Shown here: piece after piece, positions 28,213 to 38,579 of the stretch
Numbering within the stretch: the first letter of the stretch is position 1
Layout: every line of letters begins with the position of its first letter
Position numbers and translations under genes: made by a program
The notes under the pieces: model-generated
Seen by the model: only the letters and a program-made list of their open reading frames with translations
The model's database searches: none
Told to the model about the DNA's origin: nothing
From: an uncultured Clostridia bacterium
GTDB taxonomy: Bacteria > Bacillota > Clostridia > Oscillospirales > Ruminococcaceae
Direction of reading: 5' to 3'
Assembly: GCA_947630825.1 (NCBI GenBank)
Contig: CANRJA010000009.1
Location: forward strand, 686 to 64,685
Length of the DNA: 64,000 nt

Positions 28213-29997
28213 ATGAGCAAAGATTTTGATAAGGACGGCGACATAAAAATCTCCTCGGATTATGACGTCGAGAAAATCATAGCAGAAGTCAACAAAACAG
28301 CCGTACAGGAAAAGGAAGCCTTCACAAAGGCTTTCAGCACTGAAAATACACAACAAAAAACAAACCAGAACAATCAAAGTCTTAACAGCGGAAATTATCA
28401 AAATAAATCCGCCTTAGATGAATACTACTCAAAACAGTACGATAAAAAAAGAACCAATTATTCACAAGATGAAGCGATTGGACTGCAAAAGGAAATTGAA
28501 CGAGGTACGAGATATAATGAACTAAAAAGTATGAAGGTAAACAGCCATAGAGGCAGAAACGCTGTATTATTTGTATTCGGGCTTGTTATAATTCTTCTTA
28601 TCGGCGCTTATATCGTTGGCTTTATGATGACAAAGGACAGCTTTCTTCCAAACACCTTTGTAAACGTAACCTCAATAGGAGGAATGAATGTAAATGAAGC
28701 CGCTGAAGCTATTCATTCAGGTACAGCCGTTGACAAACTTGTTTTGAAAAAGCTCAACGGCGAAACAGTTACTATTGATTACTCGAAAATTGATTATACA
28801 TATTCCACAGCAGACGAGCTTAACAAAATAATGAACCAGGAAAGCAAAGCTCTTTGGTTTGTAAATCTTTTCAAAAAATCCAATTTTACGATTTCTATGG
28901 ACGGAACATATTCAGAGAATAAGCTGAAAGAGATAATTGACAATGCGAGCTTTGGCGTCACACCGTCGAAAAACGCTAAAATCGTAATGCAGGATGACGG
29001 CTTTGTCATAGAGCCTGAGGTTCAGGGAGATATTGCGGACACTGAAAAGGTTTTTGAAGCCGCAAAGAAAGCCATAAACAACGGCGATGAAGAAATAAAC
29101 CTTTTAGATGAAGACTGTTATAAAAAACCAAGCGTAGTTTCAAGCGATCTGCAGGGCAAGCTGGAGGAACTGAACAAGGTTTTTAATTTAGAGGTCAAGT
29201 TGGATTTTGACTACACCACAGAAAACTTGACCTATGACGTATTCAAAGACTGGGTGACAATTAAAAAAGACGGCAGCTATACAATAGATCAGGAGTCGGT
29301 ATGGGAATGGGTAAACTCAATTAGAGAAAAGTACGACACTCTTAATAAGACCAGAAAATTCAAATCAACGTTGCAGGGTACTGTAAAAATAAAGGCCCAA
29401 AGGGGTGCGGACGGAAAATTCGACGGTATATTCGGATACTTTCTTGATGCTGACAAAACCGCTGAGGCGATATGCAAGGCTCTTAAAAAGGGTGAGAATA
29501 CGACCATAGAGCCTGTTTACTGGACAAATGGCGGATATACATACGATACTCAGGGCAAGGTAAAGCGTTCTGCAGATGATGAGAAAAATGTTATAAGCGA
29601 CATTTCACAACTCGACACATATATAGAGGTAGACCTTACTAATCAAATGCTCTGGTATTACAAAAACGGCAAGGTAAAGCATAAATGCGGAGTGGTTTCC
29701 GGTATGCCTACCAAAGAAAGAATGACCTACCCTGGAATTTACCAGCTATGGATGAAAGAAAGAAACAAGACTATGAAGGGCAGAACATCAGAAGGTTCAT
29801 ACGAATCTAAATGCTCTTATTGGAATTACATAAGCCAGAACAGCATAGGTATTCACGACGCCACATGGCAATCTTCTTTTGGCGGGGATAGATATAAATA
29901 CTACGGTTCCCACGGCTGTGTAGGCATTTCTCTCAGCGATGCGCAGTATATTTACGAAAACATACCTCTAGGCACAGTTGTAATAATGTTCTATTAA
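28213..29997 (+). CDS. L,D-transpeptidase-family protein (YkuD catalytic domain) with N-terminal membrane anchor
   Basis: 594 aa. Q/N-rich cytoplasmic head, one TM (AVLFVFGLVIILLIGAYIVGFMM), and a C-terminal catalytic motif IHDA...YGSHGCVG. Confidence 0.82.
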   Translation: MSKDFDKDGDIKISSDYDVEKIIAEVNKTAVQEKEAFTKAFSTENTQQKTNQNNQSLNSGNYQNKSALDEYYSKQYDKKRTNYSQDEAIGLQKEIERGTRYNELKSMKVNSHRGRNAVLFVFGLVIILLIGAYIVGFMMTKDSFLPNTFVNVTSIGGMNVNEAAEAIHSGTAVDKLVLKKLNGETVTIDYSKIDYTYSTADELNKIMNQESKALWFVNLFKKSNFTISMDGTYSENKLKEIIDNASFGVTPSKNAKIVMQDDGFVIEPEVQGDIADTEKVFEAAKKAINNGDEEINLLDEDCYKKPSVVSSDLQGKLEELNKVFNLEVKLDFDYTTENLTYDVFKDWVTIKKDGSYTIDQESVWEWVNSIREKYDTLNKTRKFKSTLQGTVKIKAQRGADGKFDGIFGYFLDADKTAEAICKALKKGENTTIEPVYWTNGGYTYDTQGKVKRSADDEKNVISDISQLDTYIEVDLTNQMLWYYKNGKVKHKCGVVSGMPTKERMTYPGIYQLWMKERNKTMKGRTSEGSYESKCSYWNYISQNSIGIHDATWQSSFGGDRYKYYGSHGCVGISLSDAQYIYENIPLGTVVIMFY

Positions 29998-30005
29998 AAA
30001 ATATG

Positions 30006-30038
30006 GCTCTTGCAAATTTTTGCAGGAGCTTTTTATTT
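30006..30038 (+). terminator. Intrinsic terminator of the L,D-transpeptidase gene
   Basis: GCTCTTGCA-AATTTT-TGCAGGAGC followed by TTTTTATTTT. Confidence 0.8.
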
Positions 30039-30049
30039 TCCAATTACAT

Positions 30050-30092
30050 CTTATAAATAAAAAATCACACACCAATGAAACAGTGTGTGATT
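30050..30092 (-). terminator. Intrinsic terminator of the ferredoxin gene
   Basis: AATCACACAC / GTGTGTGATT stem. On the minus strand it is followed by TTTTTATTTAT. Confidence 0.78.
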
Positions 30093-30123
30093 TATGTAAC
30101 TTGTAACTATCTTATTACTTTTA

Positions 30124-30294
30124 TTACTCAGCCGATGGAGCGTCAACAGGGCAAGTACCTGCACAAGCGCCGCAATCAATACAAGTGTCAGCGTCGATAA
30201 CGTACTTTCCGTCGCCCTCTGTAATTGCCCCTACAGGGCATTCAGCAGCACAAGCTCCGCAGCTGATGCAATCATCAGAAATTTTATATGCCAT
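30124..30294 (-). CDS. fdx: Clostridial-type 2x[4Fe-4S] ferredoxin (56 aa)
   Basis: Below the ORF-track size cutoff. Minus-strand translation: MAYKISDDCISCGACAAECPVGAITEGDGKYVIDADTCIDCGACAGTCPVDAPSAE, with two CxxCxxCxxxCP motifs. AAGGAGGT RBS complement at 30301-30308. Confidence 0.92.
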   Translation of the reverse strand: MAYKISDDCISCGACAAECPVGAITEGDGKYVIDADTCIDCGACAGTCPVDAPSAE

Positions 30295-30318
30295 CTTAGC
30301 ATACCTCCTTCAATATTT

Positions 30319-30339
30319 ATAAATGTTTAAAACATTTAT
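30319..30339. promoter_or_regulatory. Perfect 21-bp palindrome just downstream of the predicted fdx promoter
   Basis: ATAAATGTTT-A-AAACATTTAT. Minus-strand TTGCAA/TATCAT promoter-like hexamers lie just upstream, at about 30345-30373. Confidence 0.45.
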
Positions 30340-30447
30340 CATCTATATGATAACACATAATTTAAAAATTGCAAGTCTTTTTATAAAAAATAAATATTAA
30401 ATAATTTCCTTATTACCATTAACGGTAAAACACAACGTAAAACCCGC

Positions 30448-30476
30448 TTGCTAATTTTAGTTGATTAGTGTATAAT
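30448..30476 (+). promoter_or_regulatory. Sigma-A type promoter of galK
   Basis: TTGCTA, 17-nt spacer, TATAAT. Confidence 0.55.
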
Positions 30477-30519
30477 AATTTTAACAATTCTCACCTTGAG
30501 ATATATTCGGAGGATACAT

Positions 30520-31773
30520 ATGTCAGGAAAGAATATTTATACAATAAAAGAACTCTATGGTAAAGAAAGCGAAACTTTACAAATTGAAAGATATAAAAAA
30601 GCTATAGAAAAGTTTAAAGAGCTTTACGGCGATTGCGAATACCGTATTTTCTCAGCATCGGGAAGAACAGAGGTCGGAGGAAACCATACAGACCACAATT
30701 TCGGAAAGGTGCTTGCCGCCGGAGTTTCTCTTGACGTTATCGCAATAGTCAAGAAAACCGACGATAGCATTATCGAAGTCAAGTCGGAGGGTTTTCCTAA
30801 AGATGTTGTCGATTTAAGCGACCTGTCTGTTCACGAAAATGAAAAAGAGAATTCCTCTGCGCTTATTAGGGGTGTTGCCGCAGGATTTAAAAACAAAAAC
30901 TACAGCATCGGCGGATTTAAAGCGTACACTACTTCTAATGTTCTAAAGGGTTCGGGACTTTCTTCCTCCGCCGCTTTTGAGGTTCTGATAGGAACGATTT
31001 TAAACTATCTTTATAACGAACTTAAAGCTTCCAATGTAGAAATAGCACAAATAGCTCAATACGCAGAAAACGTATACTTCGGCAAGCCGTCGGGGCTTAT
31101 GGATCAAATGGCTTCGAGCGTTGGAAGTTTTATAACCATAGATTTCAAAGACCCCCAAAAACCTGTCATTGAGAAGATTGACTTTGATTTTTCAAAGTGC
31201 GGACACAGTCTTTGCATAGTCGATACAAAGGGCAGTCACGAAGATTTAACTGATGAATACGCATCTATTCCAAAAGAGATGAAGGCTGTAGCAGGTTATT
31301 TTGGCAAAGATATACTTCGTGAAATTACCCTTTCCGACGTTCTTGAAAACATAACTGATTTAAGAAAGAAATTCGGCGACAGGGCGGTTCTTCGCTCGCT
31401 TCATTTTCTTAACGAAAACGAAACTGTAGAAAGAGAGGCAAAAGCGCTCCAAAGCGGAGATTTCAAAGCCTTTTTGAAAGAGATAACAAAGTCGGGCAAC
31501 AGCTCATATAAGTATTTGCAGAACATTTATGCAAACAAAACCCCTCAAGAGCAAGGTCTGGCAGTAGGCTTAAATCTTGCTGAAATGGTGCTTGACGGAG
31601 AGGGCGCATGCCGGGTTCACGGCGGCGGATTTGCAGGAACCATACAAGCGTTTGTCCCAAATAATAAGCTTGAAAAATTCATAGAAACCCTCAATAACTG
31701 CTTCGGCAAGGGAAGTTGTCATATTATTTCAATACGCCCTGTGGGGGGAATTGAAGTGGCTAATGATATTTAG
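30520..31773 (+). CDS. galK: Galactokinase (GHMP kinase)
   Basis: ORF 30496-31773. Start moved to ATG 30520 after GGAGGA. GRTEVGGNHTDHN galactokinase signature and GSGLSSSAA GHMP ATP motif. Confidence 0.9.
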   Translation: MSGKNIYTIKELYGKESETLQIERYKKAIEKFKELYGDCEYRIFSASGRTEVGGNHTDHNFGKVLAAGVSLDVIAIVKKTDDSIIEVKSEGFPKDVVDLSDLSVHENEKENSSALIRGVAAGFKNKNYSIGGFKAYTTSNVLKGSGLSSSAAFEVLIGTILNYLYNELKASNVEIAQIAQYAENVYFGKPSGLMDQMASSVGSFITIDFKDPQKPVIEKIDFDFSKCGHSLCIVDTKGSHEDLTDEYASIPKEMKAVAGYFGKDILREITLSDVLENITDLRKKFGDRAVLRSLHFLNENETVEREAKALQSGDFKAFLKEITKSGNSSYKYLQNIYANKTPQEQGLAVGLNLAEMVLDGEGACRVHGGGFAGTIQAFVPNNKLEKFIETLNNCFGKGSCHIISIRPVGGIEVANDI

Positions 31774-31811
31774 TTATCTGGCGAAAAATACTATGCAACG
31801 GAGAAAAACCT

Positions 31812-32486
31812 ATGCGAATGAGAAGAAAAAAGCATCTTGAAGAGCGTCTTGAAGAATGTAACGATTACATTTACTTTATGGAGCTTGAGGACAAGCATTT
31901 TCAGACTTCTGTTTTAAATAAAGAGTATATTGACGTTCAAAAGATTTTCGGTAACAGCAATCCCGTACATTTGGAAATCGGCTGCGGAAAGGGAGGCTTT
32001 GCCTGTGAGAGCGCAAGGCAAAACCCTGATATAAACTTTCTTGCCGTTGAAAAAGCAAGCAACGTCATTGTAAAGGCGGCTGAAGACGCAAAAGCGGCGG
32101 GACTTAAAAACCTATACTTTATGCGTGGAAGCGCCGAATATCTTTCCTGCTATATTCCAGATAAATCAATAGACAGAATATACTTAAATTTCAGTTGTCC
32201 ATTCCCAAAGAAAAAATACGCAAGCCATAGGCTTACGCATCATAATTTTCTTAAAATATATAAGTCTCTGCTCAAAGACGGCGGAGAAATCTGGCAAAAA
32301 ACCGACAACGCACACTTCTTTGAGTTTTCAATAGAACAGTTTTCCCAAAACGGATTCGCTTTGAAAAACGTGACGTTTGATTTACACAACTCCGATTTTG
32401 AGGGAAACATAATGACCGAATATGAAAAGCGTTTCACAGACGAGGGATTCCCTATTTACAGACTTGAAGCATATAAAATCAAATGA
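31812..32486 (+). CDS. trmB: tRNA (guanine46-N7)-methyltransferase
   Basis: 224 aa. LEIGCGKGGF SAM motif and C-terminal TEYEKRF motif. Confidence 0.88.
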   Translation: MRMRRKKHLEERLEECNDYIYFMELEDKHFQTSVLNKEYIDVQKIFGNSNPVHLEIGCGKGGFACESARQNPDINFLAVEKASNVIVKAAEDAKAAGLKNLYFMRGSAEYLSCYIPDKSIDRIYLNFSCPFPKKKYASHRLTHHNFLKIYKSLLKDGGEIWQKTDNAHFFEFSIEQFSQNGFALKNVTFDLHNSDFEGNIMTEYEKRFTDEGFPIYRLEAYKIK

Positions 32487-32500
32487 TAAAAGAAACAAGA

Positions 32501-32727
32501 GCAACGTCACCGCTGCTCTTTTCTTTTTCATCTGTTATTATATCTAGTTGCCAGCCTGCCGTTGATTAAACTTCTACGTTTATCAAACTTTTAAAAGGCG
32601 GCACTGGATGCAACGTCACCGCTGCTCTATTAACAGTTCTCATACCTAGGTACTAGCCCGCCGTTGATCAAACTTCTACGTTAATCGAACTTTTTAAAAG
32701 GCGGCACTGGATGCAACGTCACCGTTG
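32501..32727. repeat. Two tandem ~110-nt units of the mosaic repeat family (inverted orientation relative to 47.2 kb)
   Basis: GCAACGTCACCGCTGCTCT at 32501 and 32610, and GCAACGTCACCGTTGCTA at 32713. Each unit contains a box A copy (C[CT]GCCGTTGAT...AAAAGGCGG). GGATGCAACGTCACC is the reverse complement of GGTGACGTTGCATCC at 47157, 47386 and 47564. Confidence 0.88.
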
Positions 32728-33771
<1,044 letters not shown>

Positions 33772-33780
33772 CTAGAATTA

Positions 33781-33890
33781 TGCATATTTTATGCAAATTA
33801 GAAAATCAAAAGCAAGAAACAAAAGGCAAGAAATTGTCGTGCCGACTGTTTTACTCCTAGATTTTATAGCAAAATTTGCATAAATATGCA
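33781..33890. repeat. Inverted TGCAT-type palindromes flanking an AAG-rich tract, in the ilvN-ilvC spacer
   Basis: TGCATATTTTATGCAAATT (33781-33799) versus AATTTGCATAAATATGCA (33873-33890). GAAAATCAAAAGCAAGAAACAAAAGGCAAGAAAT at 33801-33834. CTCCTAGA duplicated at 33770 and 33854. Confidence 0.6.
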
Positions 33891-34006
33891 GTTTAATATT
33901 ATTTTTATAATAAGGAAATAAATCCCCTTATTTTTATGTTTAAGAATTTTTGTTCGTACATTCTATTATGAATGTAAAATGTTACATAAGTGTTTTATTT
34001 ATTCGA

Positions 34007-34504
34007 TTATTTTTTGAAAGTCATAATATCTTGACCCTTTTGGATAGCAATAGTTCCCGTTCTCACGACCTCCAGGACATCATAAGGCTTTGTTATCTCC
34101 TCCAGCCGGCAGATATGAGCGTATGTATCCGCAAGCAGAATTGTCATAGTCGTCAGTGATATATCAATTACCTTTGCTCCTGTGATGTCAGCTATCGTCA
34201 TAATCTCGCTTCGTTTTTCCGCAGGAACCCTCAGCTTTATCAGTATAAGCTCACGCTCCAGCTTTTCGTCCTTAGTCAGAGTTTTAACCTTGATAACGTC
34301 AATTAGCTTATTGAGCTGCTTTTCAACCTGCTCTACAATATACTCGTCGCCGTCTACGATGATAGTAACTCTCGAAACAGCAGGGTCGTCTGTTATACCC
34401 ACCGCAAGGCTCTCAATGTTAAATCCCCTTCTTGAAAACAGTCCGGAAATTCTTGACAAAGCTCCTGCGTGGTTTTCAACTAAAACTGAAATCGTATACT
34501 TCAT
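34007..34504 (-). CDS. ilvN: Acetolactate synthase small (regulatory, ACT-domain) subunit
   Basis: 165 aa. The N-terminus ISVLVENHAGALSRISGLFSRRGFNIESL is the classic AHAS small-subunit motif. Confidence 0.92.
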   Translation of the reverse strand: MKYTISVLVENHAGALSRISGLFSRRGFNIESLAVGITDDPAVSRVTIIVDGDEYIVEQVEKQLNKLIDVIKVKTLTKDEKLERELILIKLRVPAEKRSEIMTIADITGAKVIDISLTTMTILLADTYAHICRLEEITKPYDVLEVVRTGTIAIQKGQDIMTFKK

Positions 34505-34522
34505 TGTATCATTCCTTTCAAA

Positions 34523-36139
34523 CTATACTTGTAAGGTGCTTTCAAAATCATCTACAACACACTCAACAAGGTAACATCCCTTGTGCGATGCAAGCTTATC
34601 TATCGCCTTTTGTGCTGTTTCCTCGCTGTCAACCCTCATTGCAGGTATCCCGTAAGCCTTTGCAAGACTGATAAAATCAGGCGAGCCGTCAAGCGAAACC
34701 GCCGTAAGATGGTTTTTATAAACATTGGTCTGAACTTCTCTAACCATTCCCAAAAAGTTATTTTTCATAACCACTATCTTAATGTCAACATTGTGCTGAA
34801 CAGCGGTTGCAAGCTCCATAAAAGACATCTGAAAAGCACCGTCGCCGCAAATCGCGATAACAGGGTGGTTTTCGTCTGCAAGTTTAGCGCCTATCGCCGC
34901 AGGTATAGAATACCCCATCGTTCCCATTCCGCCCGACGTTAAGAATCGTCCGTCACGAATCTTATAGCTTGTAGCGCTCCATATCTGGTTCTGTCCAACG
35001 TCGGCAACTACCGTTGTGTTCTTCGGCATCTTGTCAGACAAATCGCTTATAAACTTTCTCGGGTTTACCGTTCCCTGCTTGACAGGCTTTACAGTCTCCT
35101 CGAATTTTTGGCTGTTAAGCTCTCTTAACCAATCACTGTGTTCCATAGGCGATACAAGCGCAAGCATCTGCTTTAAAACTAGCTTTGCGTCTCCTACAAG
35201 CGGAATATCCACACCAAGATTTTTACCTATTTCAGCAGGGTCAATATCTATGTGAATAACCTTAGTCGTCTTTTTTACAGAGTCGGGATTTCCTATTGCC
35301 CTGTCTCCTACCCTTGCGCCGACCAAGAATATAACGTCGCAAAGCTCAACAGCCTTGTTTGCAATTCTTTTACCGTGCATTCCTATCATACCGTAAAACA
35401 ACTCGTTATCGGCAGAAAACGCAGATATGCCCATCATTGTCGTCACAACCGGTATCTGCATTACCTTTGACAGTTCTGTTATCTCGCTTACTGCGTTTGA
35501 TGAAAAAACTCCTCCGCCTATACATATAAGAGGCTTCTTTGCCTCATTCAAAGCCTTAACAACTCGCTTTATCTGAAGCATATTACCCTTTGTTGTAGGC
35601 TTGTAGCTCCTTATATCAACAGTTTTCGGGTAATTAAATTCAATCTCCTGCATTTGAACGTCCATAGGAACGTCAATTAGCACAGGTCCGGGACGTCCCG
35701 TTCCTGCAATATAAAATGCTTCCTTAAACGCTCTTGGAAGCTCGTCCTTATCCTTGATCAAATAGCTGTGCTTTACAAACGGCTCGGCAGAACCTGTTAT
35801 GTCCGCCTCCTGAAAAGCGTCAGAGCCTATCTGGTCGTTGTTGACCTGACCTGTTATCACAACAAGCGGTATCGAGTCAGCATAAGCCGTTGCAATAGCC
35901 GTGATAAGATTTGTCGCGCCAGGACCCGATGTTGCAATGCACACACCCGGTCTGCCGGTTATTCTTGCGTAGCCGTTTGCCGCATGACCTGCGTTTGCTT
36001 CATGCCGAACAAGAATGTGTCTTATATCGCTTTCATATAAAGCGTCGTAAAACGGACAAATCGCCGCTCCCGGATAACCAAAGACGACTTTGACCTGCTC
36101 TGCTTCCAAGCATTTTACCATAGCTTCGCTTACTTTCAT
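34523..36139 (-). CDS. ilvB: Acetolactate synthase large subunit (ThDP-dependent)
   Basis: ORF 34523-36172. Start moved to ATG 36139 (MKVSEAMVKCLE). ThDP motif GDGAFQMSFMELAT...N. Confidence 0.94.
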   Translation of the reverse strand: MKVSEAMVKCLEAEQVKVVFGYPGAAICPFYDALYESDIRHILVRHEANAGHAANGYARITGRPGVCIATSGPGATNLITAIATAYADSIPLVVITGQVNNDQIGSDAFQEADITGSAEPFVKHSYLIKDKDELPRAFKEAFYIAGTGRPGPVLIDVPMDVQMQEIEFNYPKTVDIRSYKPTTKGNMLQIKRVVKALNEAKKPLICIGGGVFSSNAVSEITELSKVMQIPVVTTMMGISAFSADNELFYGMIGMHGKRIANKAVELCDVIFLVGARVGDRAIGNPDSVKKTTKVIHIDIDPAEIGKNLGVDIPLVGDAKLVLKQMLALVSPMEHSDWLRELNSQKFEETVKPVKQGTVNPRKFISDLSDKMPKNTTVVADVGQNQIWSATSYKIRDGRFLTSGGMGTMGYSIPAAIGAKLADENHPVIAICGDGAFQMSFMELATAVQHNVDIKIVVMKNNFLGMVREVQTNVYKNHLTAVSLDGSPDFISLAKAYGIPAMRVDSEETAQKAIDKLASHKGCYLVECVVDDFESTLQV

Positions 36140-36177
36140 TTCAAGCCGCCTCCATCCTGCCATAAAATACATAAAAA

Positions 36178-36206
36178 ATTATACAACATATGAAAGGTTA
36201 AGTCAA
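36178..36206 (-). promoter_or_regulatory. Sigma-A type promoter of ilvBN(C)
   Basis: Minus strand TTGACT (36201-36206), 17 nt, TATAAT (36178-36183). The short (~35 nt) leader leaves no room for a T-box or attenuator. Confidence 0.6.
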
Positions 36207-36302
36207 GCACATTAAATATTAAAAAACTAACATAAAGAAAGATACTTAATTATGATATTGTCAGCAGTAACCTTTTATAATTACTAATATTCCGTACAAC
36301 CA

Positions 36303-37439
36303 GTGCATATATTGCTATATAATAACAAAAAGGTTGATGAGAGCTTGAATATTAAAGAAACAAAGGTCAGACAATCGGGTATAGAATTACTGCGTATACT
36401 GATGATGCTTCAGGTCATCTTTCTTCATATATGCATTTACGGAGGCTATAGTTCTATCGCTAAACAGGATTTGTCAGGGCTTCACAAGGCTGTATTCTAT
36501 CTGATTTACCTCTCATCTAGGTGTCCTGTTTATGTTTATATTTTGATTTTCGGATATTTCTCGGTTACATCGAATAAAACTTTAAACAGTATTAAAAGCA
36601 AAGCCTTAAAAACCTATCTGCCAATGCTTTTTTATTCTTTGTCTATCCCCTTCTTTGGTCAGCTTCTCGGCTTTTGGCAGCTTAGCGGTTTGGAAAAAGC
36701 AAGAGCGTTTTTTCCGTTCACTTCAAGAATATGGTACTTTATGACGCTGTATCTGCTTGTGCTGATTTTAAGCCCGTTTCTCAATAAGGCGTTGACGGCT
36801 CTTTCAAAAAAAGAGTATACTCAGCTTGTCGTCATTCTGTTTGTGATGTTCTCAGTTTGGACGGTGTTTTCGCAAATTGAGCAAACAAGCGGAGTTATCA
36901 GGCTTAACAAGATATTTGATCCAAGCGGAAAAAGCCTGTACGGATTTGTTTATATGTACATTCTAGGTGGATATTTGAGACTTCATATACCCAGCTATAA
37001 AAAGCACAATTACATATATTTAATTGCATTTGCCTTTCTTACCTTTATTAACGCCTTACTTTGCATTTTCTCAGACAGCTATTCTAAAATCTCAACTGAA
37101 AACAATAACCCGTTTGTTGTCTTGCAGTGCGTTTGTCTGGTACTGTTTTTCAGAAGCCTAAAATTTAAGTCAAGAGCAGTAAACTATATCGCAACTGTAA
37201 ATCTAGGAGTTTATATGATCCACGAGCAGTTTTTGGTAAGAAACAAACTATGGCACGACTGGTTCGGCTTTTTAAGTGATAAATCGTTCTACAGCTCATG
37301 GACTTACCCTTTTAAAATCCTTATGATTTGCATTTCCGTATTCACCGTTTGCGGTATTATTGAAAAAATAAGAGTTTGGCTTTTTTATGGAGTTAAAATT
37401 TTGTTTGGAAGAATACATATATGCAAACAAAAAAATTAA
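36303..37439 (+). CDS. Acyltransferase-3 family integral membrane O-acyltransferase
   Basis: 378 aa, about 10 TM. N-terminal GIELLRILMMLQVIFLH motif typical of the family. Exact start uncertain (GTG at 36303). Confidence 0.72.
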   Translation: MHILLYNNKKVDESLNIKETKVRQSGIELLRILMMLQVIFLHICIYGGYSSIAKQDLSGLHKAVFYLIYLSSRCPVYVYILIFGYFSVTSNKTLNSIKSKALKTYLPMLFYSLSIPFFGQLLGFWQLSGLEKARAFFPFTSRIWYFMTLYLLVLILSPFLNKALTALSKKEYTQLVVILFVMFSVWTVFSQIEQTSGVIRLNKIFDPSGKSLYGFVYMYILGGYLRLHIPSYKKHNYIYLIAFAFLTFINALLCIFSDSYSKISTENNNPFVVLQCVCLVLFFRSLKFKSRAVNYIATVNLGVYMIHEQFLVRNKLWHDWFGFLSDKSFYSSWTYPFKILMICISVFTVCGIIEKIRVWLFYGVKILFGRIHICKQKN

Positions 37440-37501
37440 CCGTATTAAAGTAATATAAACCGAATAAATTGCAAAAACAGCCGGAATATCATATCCGGCT
37501 G

Positions 37502-37942
37502 TTAATTTATATTCTCAATATCTGTTATCATATCAATACGTCTCTTGTGGCGTCCGCCGAGAAACTTTGTTTTCAAAAAGACGTCAACAAGCTCTATTGC
37601 AAGACCTTTGCCTACAACTCTTCCGCCCATACAAAGAACATTAGCGTCGTTGTGCTGTCTTGTCAGCTTTGCCGAATAGTAGTCTGAACAGCAAGCCGCC
37701 CTTATTCCTTTGACCTTATTTGCGGCAATCGAAATTCCTATACCCGTTCCGCAAATGAGTATAGCCTTTTCAATAGCTCCGCTTGCAACATCTGTGCAAA
37801 CCTCTTTTGCCTTTTGCGGATAGTCGCACTTCTCTCCGTTCATACAGCCGTAGTCCTTGTACTCAATTCCGTTTTCCTTGAAGTATTCAACTATAGCTTC
37901 TTTAATTTCAATTCCTGCGTGGTCGTTGCCTATTCCTATCAT
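37502..37942 (-). CDS. rpiB: Ribose-5-phosphate isomerase B
   Basis: 146 aa. GNDHAG and CGTGIGISIAANK motifs. Confidence 0.9.
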   Translation of the reverse strand: MIGIGNDHAGIEIKEAIVEYFKENGIEYKDYGCMNGEKCDYPQKAKEVCTDVASGAIEKAILICGTGIGISIAANKVKGIRAACCSDYYSAKLTRQHNDANVLCMGGRVVGKGLAIELVDVFLKTKFLGGRHKRRIDMITDIENIN

Positions 37943-38010
37943 AATTTTTCTCCTTAAAATATTATGTCGGTTTCTTGCCTCATATATCTGTAAGTTATTA
38001 CATTCAATAA

Positions 38011-38217
38011 TTATTCATTACCCTTTTCCTTATCTCTCTCCATAGTTTCACTAATTGCCCGATTAACAAATTTGTTTAATGAGCCGTCATACTTATTTGC
38101 GTGAACCGATATGTTATCTCGTTTCCCTTTAGGAACTCTTATATTAATATTATCATAATGATTTTTATTATATTTATTAATTGCTCTTTTTTGAGCTTTA
38201 CTAACTGGCATATTCAT
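38011..38217 (-). CDS. Small ribbon-helix-helix (Arc/CopG-like) DNA-binding protein, module A gene 2
   Basis: MNMPVSKAQKRAINKYNKNHYDNINIRVPKGKRDNISVHANKYDGSLNKFVNRAISETMERD. Predicted beta-strand (INIRVP) plus two helices. Paralogue of 38217-38411, 56468-56662 and 57421-57615. Start is ATG 38217 (overlapping the upstream stop as ATGA) or ATG 38211. Confidence 0.55.
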   Translation of the reverse strand: MNMPVSKAQKRAINKYNKNHYDNINIRVPKGKRDNISVHANKYDGSLNKFVNRAISETMERDKEKGNE

Positions 38218-38411
38218 CAGTCCTTTTCATTATCTCTCTCCATAGCTTCATTGATTGCTCTGTTAAGAAATTTGTTCAACGATCCATCATGTTTAATTGC
38301 ATGAGACTTAACTACTTCCTTTTCACCCTTAGGAAGCCTAAGATCAATCCTGTCATAATGATTTTTATTATACTTTGCATTCGCTCTAATTTTCGCTTTA
38401 CTTGCTGGCAT
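38217..38411 (-). CDS. Small ribbon-helix-helix-like DNA-binding protein, module A gene 1
   Basis: ORF 38217-38420 starts at a GTG inside the RBS GGGTGA. ATG 38411 gives MPASKAKIRANAKYNKNHYDRIDLRLPKGEKEVVKSHAIKHDGSLNKFLNRAINEAMERD. Confidence 0.55.
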   Translation of the reverse strand: MPASKAKIRANAKYNKNHYDRIDLRLPKGEKEVVKSHAIKHDGSLNKFLNRAINEAMERDNEKD

Positions 38412-38507
38412 TTTTTTCACCCTAAATCATTTATTAAAATATATTACTTTTGTAACTAATGATCAATATACACAAATATTATAAATAATATTTATATACT
38501 TTGTCTA

Positions 38508-38560
38508 TTGAAATTTACCATACTAGTATGGTATTATATGAACATAACAGTATGGTAATA
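38508..38560 (+). promoter_or_regulatory. Promoter of small ORF A with a 16-bp perfect palindrome in the spacer, plus a downstream half-site
   Basis: TTGAAA (38508-38513), 18 nt, TATTAT (38532-38537). ACCATACTAGTATGGT at 38517-38532. ACAGTATGGTAAT at 38548-38560. Confidence 0.55.
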
Positions 38561-38579
38561 TAAAAAGGATGTGACATCA

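Noticed and set aside
36140-36302. T-box or leader-peptide attenuator upstream of ilvB
   Set aside because: The consensus promoter at 36178-36206 leaves only about 35 nt of leader, too short for a T-box or attenuator. No specifier or terminator structure was seen.
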